Below, one piece after another: positions 1 to 13,295 of a DNA stretch of 64,000 nt. The notes beneath the pieces were generated by a model, which worked only from the letters and a program-made list of their open reading frames with translations, was not told the origin of the DNA and did not search any database. The first letter of the stretch is position 1, and each line of letters starts with the position of its first letter. Where the stretch lies: NCBI GenBank assembly GCA_002104905.1, contig MCFE01000229.1, forward strand, positions 1-64,000. The letters are read 5' to 3'. The stretch comes from Basidiobolus meristosporus CBS 931.73 (lineage: Eukaryota; Fungi; Basidiobolomycota). A program made the position numbers and the translations under genes.

Positions 1-1358
1 GGACAAGCAGGCAGACATGGATGCACCAGCACAACATTTATCACAGAAAAAGCGTAGTACTACTCAAGAAGCACCCAGTCAAAGTAGCAGCAAAGGACCT
101 GGCAGTGATAAAAACCAGCAGCTTTTACAGGAGCCTGTCACAACTATGGTTGAGAGCTCAAAACAAGTTGAAAAGAAACATCAGGTTGCCAGAAGAGTGC
201 AAGCAAGGGACAAGCAGGCCACAACAGATGTGTCAGAGCATAATTTATCCAGGAGAAAGCGTAGTTCTGTACATGAAGCACTCAGACAAAGTAGCAGTGA
301 AAGACCTGGCAGTGATGAAGGAAAAGGTAAAGGAAAAAATGTTTACCCAAGCCTGAGACAGGGAGGCATGCAAAAAAAACTGCAGTTCTTGCCTATTAAT
401 GCTGCAAGCCAGTAACAGACTAAATCCCATCATAGCCAAGAAGAATTACAAACAAGAAAACAGCTGTTTTCACCAGAGTTGGAAGCGTAGCCAGTTGAGC
501 TACACTCCAGCAAGGTAGACAAGTTTGCTGAAAAAGGCAATTTGTCTACCACAGCATCCAGAGCCTCCACAGCCTCCATTGTCAACATAGTGGAGATCCC
601 ACTGACAGACAAGGCTACAACATCAAGAGCTTGTAAGACTATCACAATGCCTTCAATGGAGTTTTGGAACATCAATGGGCACACCAAGAGGTTGCCGCAC
701 TTCTTCAAGAGCAGTGCTCAAGAAAACATACTGGAATATTGCAAGGACTTATTGCAAAGACTGGCAGATGAGGAGCTAGACCTTGCAGTCCCGGCTGAAG
801 ACCAGTACATGTGGGAACCAGTGAATGAACAGTGGCATAAAGCTGTTGGGTTCCCACCAAAGTTGTGGAACCAGAGCATTACAGCAGGAATACCTATTGA
901 GTGGTGGATCTTTATGGAGTTACTTATTGAGTGAGAGGTTGAGCTTAATGTTAGTGTAGGGCATAGGGACTTTTATAGGTCAATACTGTTGACAATTGAA
1001 GTACAACTGAAGTTTCAACGAAAATAAATCAATTTGTATGCATGAGAAGTAAGAGAAACAGTTGAGTCAGGAAGTAAGTAGTGTGAAAAAGAGGCAATTG
1101 CCAATGAATTCACACAAATGTAGGAGGCAATAGAGTGTCCAGGAACAGAAAGTGAGCAAATTGGCAGGGAACCAATCAAAAGCCACTCATTCATCATTGT
1201 GACAAAACATTTTGACCAAGTTTTCGGTGAAATCTGGGGTGCAATTATTTTTCAACAATCTCTGGATGGTGTCTTGACAAGATCAGTACCTCTTAGTTGC
1301 GGGACTTTCACCTTGTGACGGCCTTTTGATGGGATCATCTCAATAATTTTTCATAGGG
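1..1358. mobile_element. CMC/EnSpm-like DNA transposon, copy a: decayed 3' part of second gene (ORF2, + strand) and ORF2-side terminus
   Basis: ORFs 17-415 and 542-934 match ORF2 fragments at 31901-32466, 39837-40301 and 46340-46800. The segment ends ...AATTTTTCATAGGG at 1358, the reverse complement of the family terminus CCCTATGAAAA. Confidence 0.7.
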
Positions 1359-1442
1359 AGAAGGGTGCCACAGCTAGCACTAATGGCTTCCTCAAGAGCT
1401 TATCACCAGTAGGGCGGTAAGCACCAAACAAGTGGCAAGGAA

Positions 1443-2757
1443 ATGGGAGGTAGCCAGAAGACTGCTAGTAAGGGACAGGCACATATAAACATATGCATTG
1501 GTTTGGCATTCAATAACAGTAGCAGTGAAGAACTTGGTAGTGATAAGAACCTGTGGCTTTCTCAAGAGACTGTCACACCCAGGACTGAAAGCTCCAAGCA
1601 AGAGGCAAAGAAATATCATGTTGCCAGAAGAGTGCTGACAAGGGACAAGCATGCACAAACATATGTATCATTGCAGCATTCATTAAGTGCAAAGCAAAGT
1701 ATGATAAGCACTTAGTCAAAGCTGCATTAAAAGACATGGCAATGATCAAGGTAGAGGTAAAGAGAAAAAGGTCTACCCAAGTCAGACACATGGAAGCATA
1801 AAACAATGCTGGAGTTCTGTGCAATTAATGCTGTCAGCTCAGAACAGGCCGATTCCCATAAGGGCTTAGTAGAGTAATCAGAAGGACAAAAGCTCTTCTC
1901 TTAGGAGCTCAAAGTGCATCAGTTAAGCTAAATTCTGGTGATATAGATGAGTTTGCAGAGAAAAGCTATTTGTCTATAACTGCCTCCCCATCCTCCACTG
2001 TATACAGAGTAAAGATCCCACTGACAGACAGAGCAACAATGTCACAAGCCCAAAATACTATCACAATGTCTACAGTGGAGCTTGAACATCAATCTACACA
2101 CTACAAGGTTGCAGCACTGCTGCAAGATTAGTGATCATGTAAACAGACTTGAATGTTGTAGGGATTTATTGCAAATAGTGGCAGATGAGATATTAGACCT
2201 TGAAACATTGGTGGAGCACCAGGATGTATGGGAAGTAGTGAATGAAAAGTGGCATAGAGCAACAGTATTCCTGCCAATGTCATGGAGAATGGGCAATAGA
2301 GCAAAAATACTTATTGCACAGTGGATTTAATGGGGTTGCTTGTTGAGTATGGGGTTGGGCTTAAAGCTAAAATTGGGTATAGGGACTTGTGTAGGCCAAT
2401 ACAGGCACAACTGAAGTTTCAGTGGATATAAATTAATAATTATGCAGGCTAAAAGTGGATTGATTGAGTCAGAAAGTAAGGAGTGTAAAAAAGTAGCATT
2501 AGCCAATCAATGTGAGGAAATATAGGAGGTAATTGAGTGTCCAGGATCAGAAAGTGAGAGAATTGGCAGAGGACAATCAAAAGCCACATGTGTAGAGTTA
2601 TGGTGAAAACTTCTGACCAAATCTTTGGCAAAGTCTGAGGTGCACTTATTTTTCAATGGTTTTTGCACTGGGTCCTCAAAGGACCAATATTTCTTAGTAA
2701 CATATTTTGACCTTGTGATGGCCTTTTGACAGGGTAACCAAACTACTTTTCATAGGT
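1443..2757. mobile_element. CMC/EnSpm-like transposon, copy b (decayed ORF2 tail, + strand, and terminus)
   Basis: Same order of motifs as copy a (LECCRDLLQIVADE...W EVVNEKWHRA). Ends TTTTCATAGGT (degenerate terminus). Confidence 0.6.
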
Positions 2758-2829
2758 GATGCTTTACACTCAGAAGAAGTTTGAGCCTCAAAGGACATAG
2801 CCATTGAATAATCAGAGAATGTGCTTTTG

Positions 2830-3270
2830 TAACTTACCAGCCAATGGTAAGACAAGGGAATATCCTGGAACTTTTAGTTGATCATGACACACCTAAGCTT
2901 ACAAGACTTACTGACAATACTGAGACATTAAGCTATTGGTATAGCAAGAAAAGAGATTCAGGTAAACCCACTCATGTTTAGTAATGGAGATTGTGATGAT
3001 GTGCAACTTGAATGTGTCTAGTTTGTAGTCAAATCCATTAGCTCTAAGCAGAGCCCACCATTACATCAGTTTTATCTATTAAATCAATGGAAATAGTCAG
3101 CAAATGAATTCACAGATCCTTATTAGACAGAACTAAATTCATTACGTAAGATCCAATTCAGTGATAGCCAAGCAATTAAATCAATCATCAGTCACAACCT
3201 ACATTAGGAAATACAATCATCCAGCGCTTGATCTGGTAAACTATTTGCAATGAGTTGCTGCAACCTCAAT
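2830..3270 (+). mobile_element. Decayed Ty3/Gypsy family-1 fragment: integrase C-terminus, PPT and partial 3' LTR
   Basis: Homologous to the end of ORF 24398-28531 (..[12 protein letters not shown]..). A PPT-like AGTAATGGAGAT precedes TGTGATGAT at 2992, a diverged copy of the 368-bp LTR. Outer limits are approximate. Confidence 0.7.
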
Positions 3271-3589
3271 GGACTCATTCTGTTGATAGTGTCATTTTGA
3301 GCAATGAGTGCCAAATAATGACAGAGTATGCCAGAAAGGCAAAGTAGACCTCTATTTGGTCATGCAGTGTTACATACAGCTATACATCTTTATGCAAAGC
3401 AGCCCTGGTGTCTCACCAACTGTGCTGAGAAAAATTCATTTTCTGCCCTTTTTTTGGGCTAATGTTCTGCCAAATGTAGAGGAGTGTGGTAGGACTGAAT
3501 ACTTGATATCAGTATCTAGATGGTTCAGCATAGGCAATAGGTGTTGCAAGCTGGAGTGCGTCATTACAAATTAAATCTTCTCAAATATT

Positions 3590-4885
3590 TTTTGTTTACT
3601 TACAAGTTGGTAAGTTGAAAATGGACATTATCTGGTGATCTGAAGTAATTCTGTCCATTGTAATTCAGCTTATTCCAAGTGATGTTTCTTAACAATACAA
3701 AGTTCCCAACTGCCAACATCACCAGTGATATAGACTTATCAATTCTCTGCTCCATTGGTTCTGCACTGTTAGAGACTTGGGCCTGTGCCTCTGGATGCTT
3801 TTATTCTAATTGTTGGTGTCTACTAGGCTAACTGAGTTCATCCTCCAAGTTGTTGGTGGGCTTTAGTAGTGTAAGATATCCTGAAATCATTGGCTCACAT
3901 CCATACACTTAGTAAACTGGCAATTGCTGGGTAGTGTTGTGCACCCTGACTCTGCATGCAAGGAGTGCTTGGTCGATATACTTGTCCCAACTACCTACAG
4001 CTCCATTTGCATACTAAGTCAGCATTTTCCTATATAATTCAATTAAGTGCCCAGTGACTCAAATAGCTCTGGGGTGATATACTGAGGTTCTCAAATATCT
4101 GATTGGCTATATTGCCAGATATGCTTTCAATGTTTTAGCCATAGAGCCTGCTCCACTATTTGGTAATACTTCTACAGGGCATCCAAATCTCATCAGGTTC
4201 TCATGGTGGATGAAACTTGCAGCATCTTGTTCACTGGCTACCAGCATAGGTCTCACAATGGGCCATTTGGTTCATGATCAGTTGGTACTAGAATCCACTA
4301 ATTGCACTTCCTAGTGGTGAGCAGTCCTCCTACAGGCGGCAAGGGGAAGAGTTCAGCAACTCTCTGTGGTTAAACTTTACTGATTTGGCAACATCTCCCT
4401 CTCATGCGGTGGATATTTATGTTCCTCTGAGTTCAGCTTCTTGGATTTTAAAACAACTGGGTATTTCTTTATCTCATGTTCTTAGCTCAGTATGCTAGCA
4501 ATTGCATAATTGGAAGCATTTACGTAGAGAATAAATACTTTCTGGAAGCCAGGTATTCTCAAGCTTGGCAGCTTGGCAAGTTGATTTTTGGGTGTTTTAA
4601 AAGCAGTCTCACATGCTGGATACCACTTTAAGGTGTTGTCTTCTCTGAGAATATTAGTCAAAAGAGCTGCAATACTTGCAATATACTTGACTAATCCCTG
4701 ATAATTAGAAACCATTTCAAGATGTGATTGGAGCTCTGAAATGGTATGGGGCTGCTTCAGATTACTACAACTTTTTTTTTCATGGGTTCTGAAGTCACTC
4801 CTGAGCTAGTCACATTGTGTCCCTGCTACTCAACATGTTCCATAAAGAATTTGCACTTTGCTAGCTTGCTCTCTCTTAGCTTCAA
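3590..4885 (-). pseudogene. Decayed Ty3/Gypsy family-1 pol fragments (integrase, RNase H, RT end)
   Basis: Nucleotide similarity to 24540-26410 with deletions. ORF 4482-4715 resembles the RT/RNase H tether. Cut at 4886 by a CMC terminus. Confidence 0.75.
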
Positions 4886-5131
4886 CCCTATAAGAGGTTA
4901 TTGTATTGATTCTATCTAAAGACCATCACAAATGCACAGTCTCATGACCAAGAGGTACTGATCCCCTCAGGACACAGTCCAGAGAGTGTTGAAAAATAAT
5001 TCCACCCCAGATTTCAAAAAACTAGATAAAATTTTTCATCGCAGCAGTATAAGTGGCTTTGATTGGCTCCCTGACAATTTACCTACTGGCTGATTGCAGA
5101 CACAATATCACCTCCTATGTTTGTGTGCAGA
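4886..5131. mobile_element. CMC/EnSpm-like terminal fragment (ORF2-side end)
   Basis: Starts CCCTATAAGAGG and repeats the subterminal sequence seen again from 5132. Confidence 0.55.
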
Positions 5132-6858
5132 CCCTATGAAAACTATGGGATGATCCTGTCAAAAGACCATCACAAAGTTAAATTCCTGTGACTAAGAGGT
5201 ACTGATTTTGTCAGGACACTGTCCAGAGACTGTCAAAAAATAATTGCACCCCAGATTTCACAAAAAACTTAGTCAAAATTTTTCATCAAAATAATGTATA
5301 AGTGGCTTTGGATTGGTTCCCTGCCAATTTGCTCACTTTCTGATCCTGGACATTCTATTGCCTCCTACATTTGTGTGAATTGATTGGCTATTGCCTCTTT
5401 TCACACGCCTTGTTTCCTGACTTGACCATTTTTCTTACTTCTCATGCATACAAATTGATTTATTTCTTTTAAACTTCAGTTGTACCTCAATTGCCAATTG
5501 TATCAACCTATGCAAACCCCTATACTCTACACTAACATCAAGCCCAACCCCACACTCAACAAGTAACTCCACTATAATCCATGGTGGGAACCCAATGATA
5601 TTATGCCACTGTTCATTCATTGGTTCTCATACATCATTGTCTTCAGCTGGCACTGCAAGGTCTAGCACCTCATCTGCCAGTCTTTAAAATAAATCCTTGG
5701 GATATTCAGGTGTGTTTTCCTGAGCACAGCTCTTGAATAGGTGCTGCAACCTCTAGGTCTTCCTATTAATGTTCCAAATTCCACTGAAGGCATTGTAATT
5801 GTCTTTTGAGTTCTTGACAATGTAGCCTTGTCTGTCAGTGGGATCTCCACTTGGTCACCATTGCAGGATGTGGAGGCTGTGGTGAACAAATTTCCTTTTT
5901 CTGCAAACTCATCTACCTTGCTGGAGTGTAGCTCAACTGGATGTGCTTCCAACTTGTGAGGAAACTGCTGTTTTTTGTTGATAATTCTTCTTGGGTATCA
6001 TGGGATTGAGTTTGTTCCAGGCTTGTGACATTAATTGGCAAAAACTGCAGTTTTTTTTGCATGTTACCCTGTCTCAAGCTTGGCTAGAAATCTTTCTGTT
6101 TACCTTTCCTTTATCACTGCCAGGTCTTTCACTGCTACTTTGTCTGAGTGCTTCTTGTAATGAACCTCATTTTCTCTGGCTTTCTATTTGGGCACTGTTG
6201 TTGTCCTTCAAACACTGTTCAGTGTGCCATTGCTGTTACATCAGGAAATGGCTAAATTCTTGGCTGTGACATTGAGCTACTTGAGTTCCTTCTTTGCAGC
6301 CAAGAAACAGCTTTCTCTATCTGGGTTATTGATTGCTCTACACCTTTTATCCACTTATCTTGTTTCTGGACTGCTTTTGCAACATTTTCATTGGCCTCAG
6401 CACTATGGTCATCTTGTGGCTCTGCAGTGGTTCCTAATAGCCAGCTAGATTCAGAGCCAAGTGAGCCAAACCAAAGAGAAATGGTGTTACATATACATGT
6501 GTATGTGGTGCCTCAGCTTTATTTACAATGATTACAATAGCAAGTTAACATTGAGTCATACATTCATGTATGTGCAATGTCTTATATGCAAAACTGTCTT
6601 AAACTCACAGTATTGGCAACAAAGTGATACAATAGCATTATGTTTTTGAGTGTTAAAATGTTTGCCTCATGGACAATATTAACTTGAATCAATGCTATAA
6701 GCAAAGAGAGAAACAACCATGTGGCTATTGTAATAAGCCTCACAGCCATGGAGCATGCAGACAGCATAGGTAGTGTTACAAGGATCATAGCTAGTGTTTT
6801 GCCACCCAAGTCATATTTGACCATTGATCAATCACTACTGTACCAACAATATCCTGCA
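5132..6858. mobile_element. CMC/EnSpm-like transposon, copy c (terminus, ORF2 remnants on - strand, intergenic region)
   Basis: Starts CCCTATGAAAACTATGGGATGATCC. ORFs 5435-5620 and 5662-5952 match the ORF2 C-terminus. Truncated by the LTR at 6859. Confidence 0.7.
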
Positions 6859-7387
6859 TGTTATGAATAGACACAAGGCAGGAGAGTAGAGCTAGGCAAG
6901 GCAGGACCAGGAAAGGACTTAGGTGTGGATCAACAAGGCAAGGCAGATTTCCAAGGCAAGGCTGTTTATTCAAGACCTGTGTTTATCAGACTGAGGAATA
7001 CTTAAGGGGGGATAGGACTATATATACTTTTTGGCTATACTGATGCCAAGAGATATTAGCTAATACTAATGGGGTTGTGGGGTGAGGCACAGCAATGGTG
7101 CTGGGGATAATGACATAGATGACATGGCACTGAGACAGGATGGGGAAATGGATTGGGTCACCTGATAACGTGACTAACTCATGTGACCTGGTATCTCCAT
7201 ATATGGTACTGGACTATGAAAAATACAATGGGAGGCTTCCATGGAATGTTCCATCGTGTAACAATGGCTTGGAATGGTGAGGAACTTTCTGGAAGGTGGT
7301 AGAAGGCTCCAGAAGGAATCTCTTAGAAATTGAGCTAGGAAGCTGAAACTTGGCATGGGTGTTCATGGTTGTCATGTGATCATGACA
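6859..7387 (-). repeat. 3' LTR of chromovirus (529 bp)
   Basis: TGTTATGAAT...CATGACA. On - it is preceded by the purine tract GGAAAAGAAGAATAG. Confidence 0.9.
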
Positions 7388-7711
7388 CTATTCTTCTTTT
7401 CCAGACAAAGCTCTGTTTCCCTTTGGGGCAGGTTTTGCAGGATATTGCTGGTGGAACTGGGTAACTAGTTCTGAGCAATTAGTGAGATGGGTAGCTGGTT
7501 CCCATGTTTGGTCACTTGGACCATAACCAATCCAGTCTACTAAGTAGTACAGCTTTGACCAGATATACTTGGAGTCTAGGATCTGTTTAACTTCAAATTC
7601 TTGATGTTGGTCAACCTGGATGGCTTGGGGCTTTGCTTCTTGCTGGTTTAGAAAGGTGTTCCTACAATACAGCTCCAGGAGGGACACATGAAAAGTATCA
7701 TGGATTTTCAT
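7388..7711 (-). pseudogene. Integrase C-terminus with chromodomain
   Basis: HDTFHVSLL followed by FEVKQILDSK..LYYLVDWIGYGPSDQTWEPATHL, the chromodomain pattern of chromoviruses. Confidence 0.9.
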
Positions 7712-10700
7712 ACTTGCTGGTAACTGAGCTGATATACTATAGGGCTAAGCTTCTTCTTGATCTTGAAGGGACCAAGTTTCTTGAAATCCAGTTTGTCACA
7801 AAGGCGGTTGATGCTGATGTTTCTTCTGAGCAACCATACAGAATCTCCTTCATTAAGATCAGGGCTGGGATGCCGTTTTAGATTGGTAAATTTCTTGTAG
7901 CTTTCTTGAGCTAAGGATAGCTTGTCCTTGAGGGTATTCTAGATGTCCTGGATTGCTTGGGCATGTTCAGCCACATGTGGGCTCATTGGGTTAGTTGGAA
8001 TCTGAATATCAAACTGAGGGTGAGATCCATAGTTTGCATAGAATGGTGTAAACCCGGTTGCACTATGGCTTGAGTTGTTGTAGGCAAACTCAGCAACAGG
8101 GAGTAGATCAACCCAATTGTCTTGCTGGTAATTAATATAGCACCAGAGGTATTGCTCTAGAATCTGGTTGATTCTTTCAGTCTGCCCATCAGATTGAGGA
8201 TGGAAGGCAGTGGAGAGTTTGACTTGAACACCAAGGTATTGCATGAAGTGTTTCCAAAACTTGGACACCAAGTGTAGGCCTCTATCTGACGTAATATCAC
8301 TGGGGATACCATGAAGGCGGAAAATATTCTTGAGGACTAATGCAGCAGTTTCTTTTGCATCTGTGTTCTTACAGCAAGGGATAAAGTGAGCCATCTTGGT
8401 CAGCCGGTCAGCCACTACAAGTATAGCATTGAAGCCACAGGACTCATGGAGGTCAGTAATGAAGTCCATAGATATAGATCTCCATTGATGTTCTGGGATA
8501 GGCAAGGGCTGGAGAAGTCCATAGGGCTGTTGTCTGGCTGGTTTTGCACAGTTGCAAATATCACAAGTCAGAATGTACTCTTTGATAAGAGTTATCATTC
8601 TAGGCCACCAGAAATCTCTTTTGATAGCATTCAAGGTTTTGACAGTACCAAAGTGGCCTGCAACCATTGAATCATGCCAAGACTTAATGCCGTCTAGCTG
8701 GGTGGCAAGGTCTGGGACATAAAGCTGCTGCTTGTGGTAGATGAGGTTGTTTACCAAATGCAGGTTCTGGATGTTTGGAAACTTGGAAGGGGGCCCAACT
8801 GGGGATTCCAGATATTTCCTGACAGTGCTGGAAGTCATATCAGAGGCTTGGGATTCTGATATCCTTACTAGGAATGAAGGGATGACAAGACTTGAGGGCT
8901 GGGTGGCAAGAATCTCAAAATGTTTCATGCTCAGCAATGGGTGTTCCATTTGCCAACAAGCATCATCTCCCTCTTCCAGGGCATATTCCTTTTTTCTGGG
9001 CTGGGCATCAGGCTTTCCTTGCTTTGCACCAGGTCTATAGGTGATAGTAAAGTCAAAGCTGGACAGGAAGAGTGACCATCCAGCTTGTCTCCAGTTTATT
9101 ACTTTGGAAGTTGCCAAGTACTTGAGGTTCTTATGGTCACGGTGTGGTGGTGTATAGGTCCAAGGGAGAGATACGTCCAACACTTCTCAAGTGTTTTGTG
9201 TGTGGGGTGTTCACTGGGTGCAATAACCTCTGGCAAAAGCTTGCTAGGAATACTTGGGTTCTGTCTCTAATCTAATGTGAAGGGGAATAAAGCCACAAGC
9301 TTGTCAAGGGAAAACTATTGAGCTACAATCCCCAACTTAGTTGGCGTCTTAACAAAAGTATGTGCTGGGTTCAGTGTCCTTTGAGATGACAATGTACTAA
9401 AGCTTCCAAAGTCAAAACAACTGTAAACTCCACCAGCAGGGACTTGATAAGAATGCAGCTGTGGTCAATAGTTACAATGACAGAAAAGTATCTTTGCCTG
9501 TACAAGAACAAACTTGGGAAAGAATCAAATGTAATAAAAGATACCTACTCTGAGTATTCCTCACAAGTAGTGCCTCCAAGGTCAATTGGCTGTCAGCGCA
9601 GTTTCCTGGGAGTGTCCTGTGGTCTAGGGTTGGAAGTTCAGGTAGCAGCAGGTAGCAGTGATCACACTAATCAACAAGTTGGTATATTGATAAAAGGGAT
9701 GATGATTTATTGTTGAGGGATAGCCTCCCTTATATACTTTTCTTACCGGCTAAGTGATTACTAATCATGGTGTTCCAGAAGGTTCCGGATATCAATAGAA
9801 GTCTTAATGACATCAGAATGACCTAAGAATGTACTAAGTAGGTGCCAGAAGGTTCTAAGAGGCACAGCACATCCAACCAATCAGGAATCAGTATTCTGAA
9901 ACCTGTGCAACATGGGGATACCATCTATGGTATGGAAATGGTAGGGATGGTGACACGGGTTGATCATGTGTCACAGGTACTGGCGCGGGTACTTGCCTAA
10001 TATAGAAGCACTTGTAGCTAGTAATCTTACATAAAGTGAGGGGTAACTTATGCAATAAGGGAAGCAGGTGTGATAGTCAACCGGCTTATGGGATAGTACT
10101 GATTAGGTAAGACAAATGGGATAAAACTAAAATAAGTGTAGTAGAGATATTGGGAAGTAGAAAATAAGGGAATGAGCACATCTGTCAGTGGGTGTCACTG
10201 TCACCCCACTACAACGGAAGACTTTGATTTTGTGCTTTGCACTGTCCAGGTAGTGTCTCCATTGCTCAAAGACTTCAATGATGGCAAACAATTCCTTATC
10301 ATAGATATCATAGTTGATCTCTGCAGGGGAAAACTTCCAAGAGTAGAATGCAATGGGGTGCAACACATTGTCTTCATCACACTGGGAGAGTATGGCACCA
10401 AGGGCAAAATCAGAAGCATCACTCCCTACTATGAATTGCTTCTCAAGGTCAGGGTGCGCAAGCAGGGGGGCTTTCAGGAAAGATTTCTGGAGTTGGTTGA
10501 ATGAGGTGGATTTTCTCCTCATTCCAGGCAAAAGGTGTGTTCTTCTGGGTAAGCTTTGTCAGAGGGGTGACTATCTTGGAGTAGTTGGCTATGAACCTGC
10601 AATAGAAGTTGGCAAATCCCAGGAAGGATTGTACTTCCTTGACTGAGCTTGGAGTTTTCCAGGATTAGACTGAGTCAACTTTCTTTGGGTCCATTCTTGT

Positions 10701-11990
10701 TCCCTCTGGGCTGATGAGGTAACCAAGAAATTCCACCACTCTCTGGTCAAATTCACACTTCTCTAGCTTGGCATAGAGACTAGCAGAGTCTAGTTTTCTC
10801 AATACTTTCTTGACATGTTCATCATGTTCATCTTGGCTCTTGGAGTATATGAGAATATCATCAAGGTAGATTACCACAAACTGGTCAAGGTACTCACAGA
10901 ATATTTCATTCATGAGGTGTTGAAACACAGCAGGGGCATTGGTGGGGCCAATGGCATTACTTTGTACTCAAAGTGACCATATCTTGTGCAAAAGGCAGTT
11001 TTCCATTCATCACCAGGCTTGATTCTGACAAGATTGTAAGCTCCTCCAAAGTCAATCTTGGTGAAGACTTGGGCAGCAGATAGCTGATCCAACAGTGTGT
11101 TGATCAGGGGCAGGGAGTAGCGGTTCTTGACTGTGATCTTATTGAAAGTACAGTAGTCCACACACATTCTGAGGGTCCCATCCTTATTCTTGACAAAGAG
11201 GATTGGGGCTCCAGTAGGTGATTTGGAGTGCTGAATAAAACCCTTCTGGAGGTTTTCTTGAATATAACTATGGAGTTCTTTCAACTCTGGCCGGGAGAGG
11301 TTATACATTGGGCCAAATAGAGGGGCTTTTCCATCTTCAAGGTCAATAGGGCAGTCATAAGGCCAATGATCAGGGAGGAGCTTTGCTTTCTTCTTGTCAA
11401 AGACATGGGCAAACTGTTGGTACTTGGCTGGTATATTTGCTGAGGGGGCTCCTTCAGCTGGCAAGGTATCTTGGGCTGTCAAACTGTTGGCAACAGTCTT
11501 TTCACGGTTATCAGGGTCTGGAAATTTCATGGAGCTGACTTGGTGGGATCTGGTGAATAACAGGATCTTGGATTTCCAATCAATAATTGGATTGTGGTAG
11601 CTCAGCCATGAGCTTCCAAGCACAATAGGATAGTGTGGTGAGTTGATGATGTTGAAGGCAATTCTTTCTTGGTGAGCAGTACTGGACAGCTGGAGTAAGC
11701 ATGCTTTGTGGGTAACAGCACCAGAGGAGAGTGATCTTCCATCAATAACTTCTACTTGGACTAGAGTGCTTCTGGACAAAGACTTGGTCAATGAAAGAGG
11801 ATAAAGCACCAGAATCAATCAGGGCTAGGACTGGGACAGGACTGGAGTCAGGGATCTGGATTTTGACAGGCATTCTCAAGGACTGGATAGATTTTGTGGC
11901 AAAGGAAGATTCTTGGATATGCTGGATTTTCATGGGTGGGTCCAGTTATAAGCCTGTCAGTGCAACTGGACATTGGAGTTTCCCAACAGA
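7712..11990 (-). pseudogene. Chromovirus pol (protease-RT-RNase H-integrase), disrupted
   Basis: ORFs 11742-11933 (DSGA), 10910-11818, 10665-10928 (YLDD), 10127-10531 (SDASDFALG), 7939-9183 (HDSMVAGHFG..CDIC, SMDFI, SDRG, QTERIN). Interrupted by the solo LTR at 9143-10213. Confidence 0.9.
9143..10213 (-). mobile_element. Solo LTR, 1071 bp ('L1071' family), inserted in the RNase H region
   Basis: Termini TGTGGTGG...CCACTACA. ACGG is duplicated at 9139-9142 and 10214-10217. Removing it restores the in-frame KIKVF-R-DHKNL. Orientation is inferred from a TATA-like AAAAGTATATAAG on -. Confidence 0.88.
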
Positions 11991-11992
11991 TC

Positions 11993-12889
11993 TCAATCAG
12001 GTTGGTTACTGGAGGACTGCATGAGCTTGAAGCTGGACTTCTTGTTGGGGCAGGACTTGGCAAAGTGACGTGGTTGGCCACAGTATAGACAGAGGTTGGC
12101 GTGTTGATGTCTGGACTTTTCACTCTTTGATAGTTTCTTGTATTTGGCACTATCAATCTGCATAGGATCTTCTGGAGTGACTTGGGGAGCAGGAGGGGCT
12201 GGGACTGCAACAGGAATGTGTCTTTGACGGTTCTTTAGCTTCTTCTGGAATAGTCTGTTATCACACTGGATTGCTTGGTGCATAGCTTCAGGCAATGTAT
12301 CTGGATCTGGGAGTGTGAGTGGCAGATCACAAACTTCATCATTGAGGGCATCTTGGAATTGGCTAATCAAGGCTGCTTGCCCCCAGGAGCTGAGGTCACT
12401 GGAGAGTTGTCGGAATTCTGAGGCATAGACTGATGCTTGCTTGTTCCCTTGTTTGAGGGTTTTGATCTTGTTGGCAGCAGTTCTGGCTTGGTCAAGGTTA
12501 CCAAATGTTAGCTCCATTTCAGTAAGAAAGGCTTGGAAGTCTCTGAGTATGGGAGAGTTGGTCTCCACTAATGGGGAGAACCACTTGAGAGCTGTACCAG
12601 TAAGCAGGTTGGAGATGAAGCCAACTTTGGCCTGGTCAGTGGGGTACTGGTTGGGCTGGAGTGCAAGATTGTTCTTTAACATGTTGATGAAGCCATGGAA
12701 TTCATACTGAGAGCCACTGAACTTGGTAGCAGAAGTATACTTGGGTTCTTGGTAGACTGGGACATGGCTAGTTTGCTGGACACTTTGGTTCTGGAACTGA
12801 GCAAGAGTGTTGCAGAGGTCTGCATTGTCTTGCTGCAGTTAGGTAAAGGCAGCCATGAGCTGGGCAAAGTTCAGCTCTAGGTTGGACAT
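11993..12889 (-). pseudogene. Chromovirus gag (capsid-like region and CCHC zinc knuckle)
   Basis: ATG at 12889 with an early in-frame stop. ORF 11993-12682 has LTGTALKWF and CLYCGQPRHFAKSC. Confidence 0.88.
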
Positions 12890-13282
12890 GGTAGGAGAGG
12901 AAGATGGATGAACTTGCTAGGAATACTAGAATATACTAAACTAGATTGTAGATTTGTAAAGCCACTAGTATGTCAAGAATACAACTATTGAGCCACAATC
13001 CCCAACTTAAATAAGTTAGCGTCACTTCAGAAGGTACTGGTTTTGACATCCTTTGATAGAGTATTGTACTAAAGCTTCCAATACTGTAACATCTGTAAAC
13101 TCCACCAGCAGGGTAATAAATTGAATGCAGCTTTGACCAATAGTTCTACAAAGCTAAAGTATCTTTGCCTTTATAGGACAAGACTAGGGAAAGATGATGG
13201 GTGATACTTACGGTGAGTATTCCTTTTACAGGTTTTCTTGAAACTTTGGGCAGAAGGCAGGGACTCACAGGTAAGTCAGGAG

Positions 13283-13293
13283 AGTCTGATAAA
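13283..13293 (-). promoter_or_regulatory. Self-priming type primer-binding site
   Basis: TTTATCAGACT lies 2 nt after the 5' LTR. It is exactly complementary to AGTCTGATAAA at 13421-13411 inside the LTR, about 30 nt downstream of TATATATA (13455-13448). No TGG tRNA-type PBS is present. Confidence 0.75.
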
Positions 13294-13295
13294 GC

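Noticed and set aside
9444-9716. 90-aa ORF repeated at 57704-57976 as a conserved small gene
   Set aside because: It starts at a non-ATG codon, lies within LTR copies and is broken in the 62899-63090 copy. Conservation follows from LTR homology.
9143-10213. Hammerhead ribozyme / retrozyme in the L1071 LTR
   Set aside because: I found no CTGATGA...GAAA core on either strand by eye. A covariance-model search was not run.
8386-11600. Short + strand ORFs antisense to chromovirus pol (also those antisense to Copia and Gypsy pol)
   Set aside because: They are shadows of the coding strand with no recognisable motifs.
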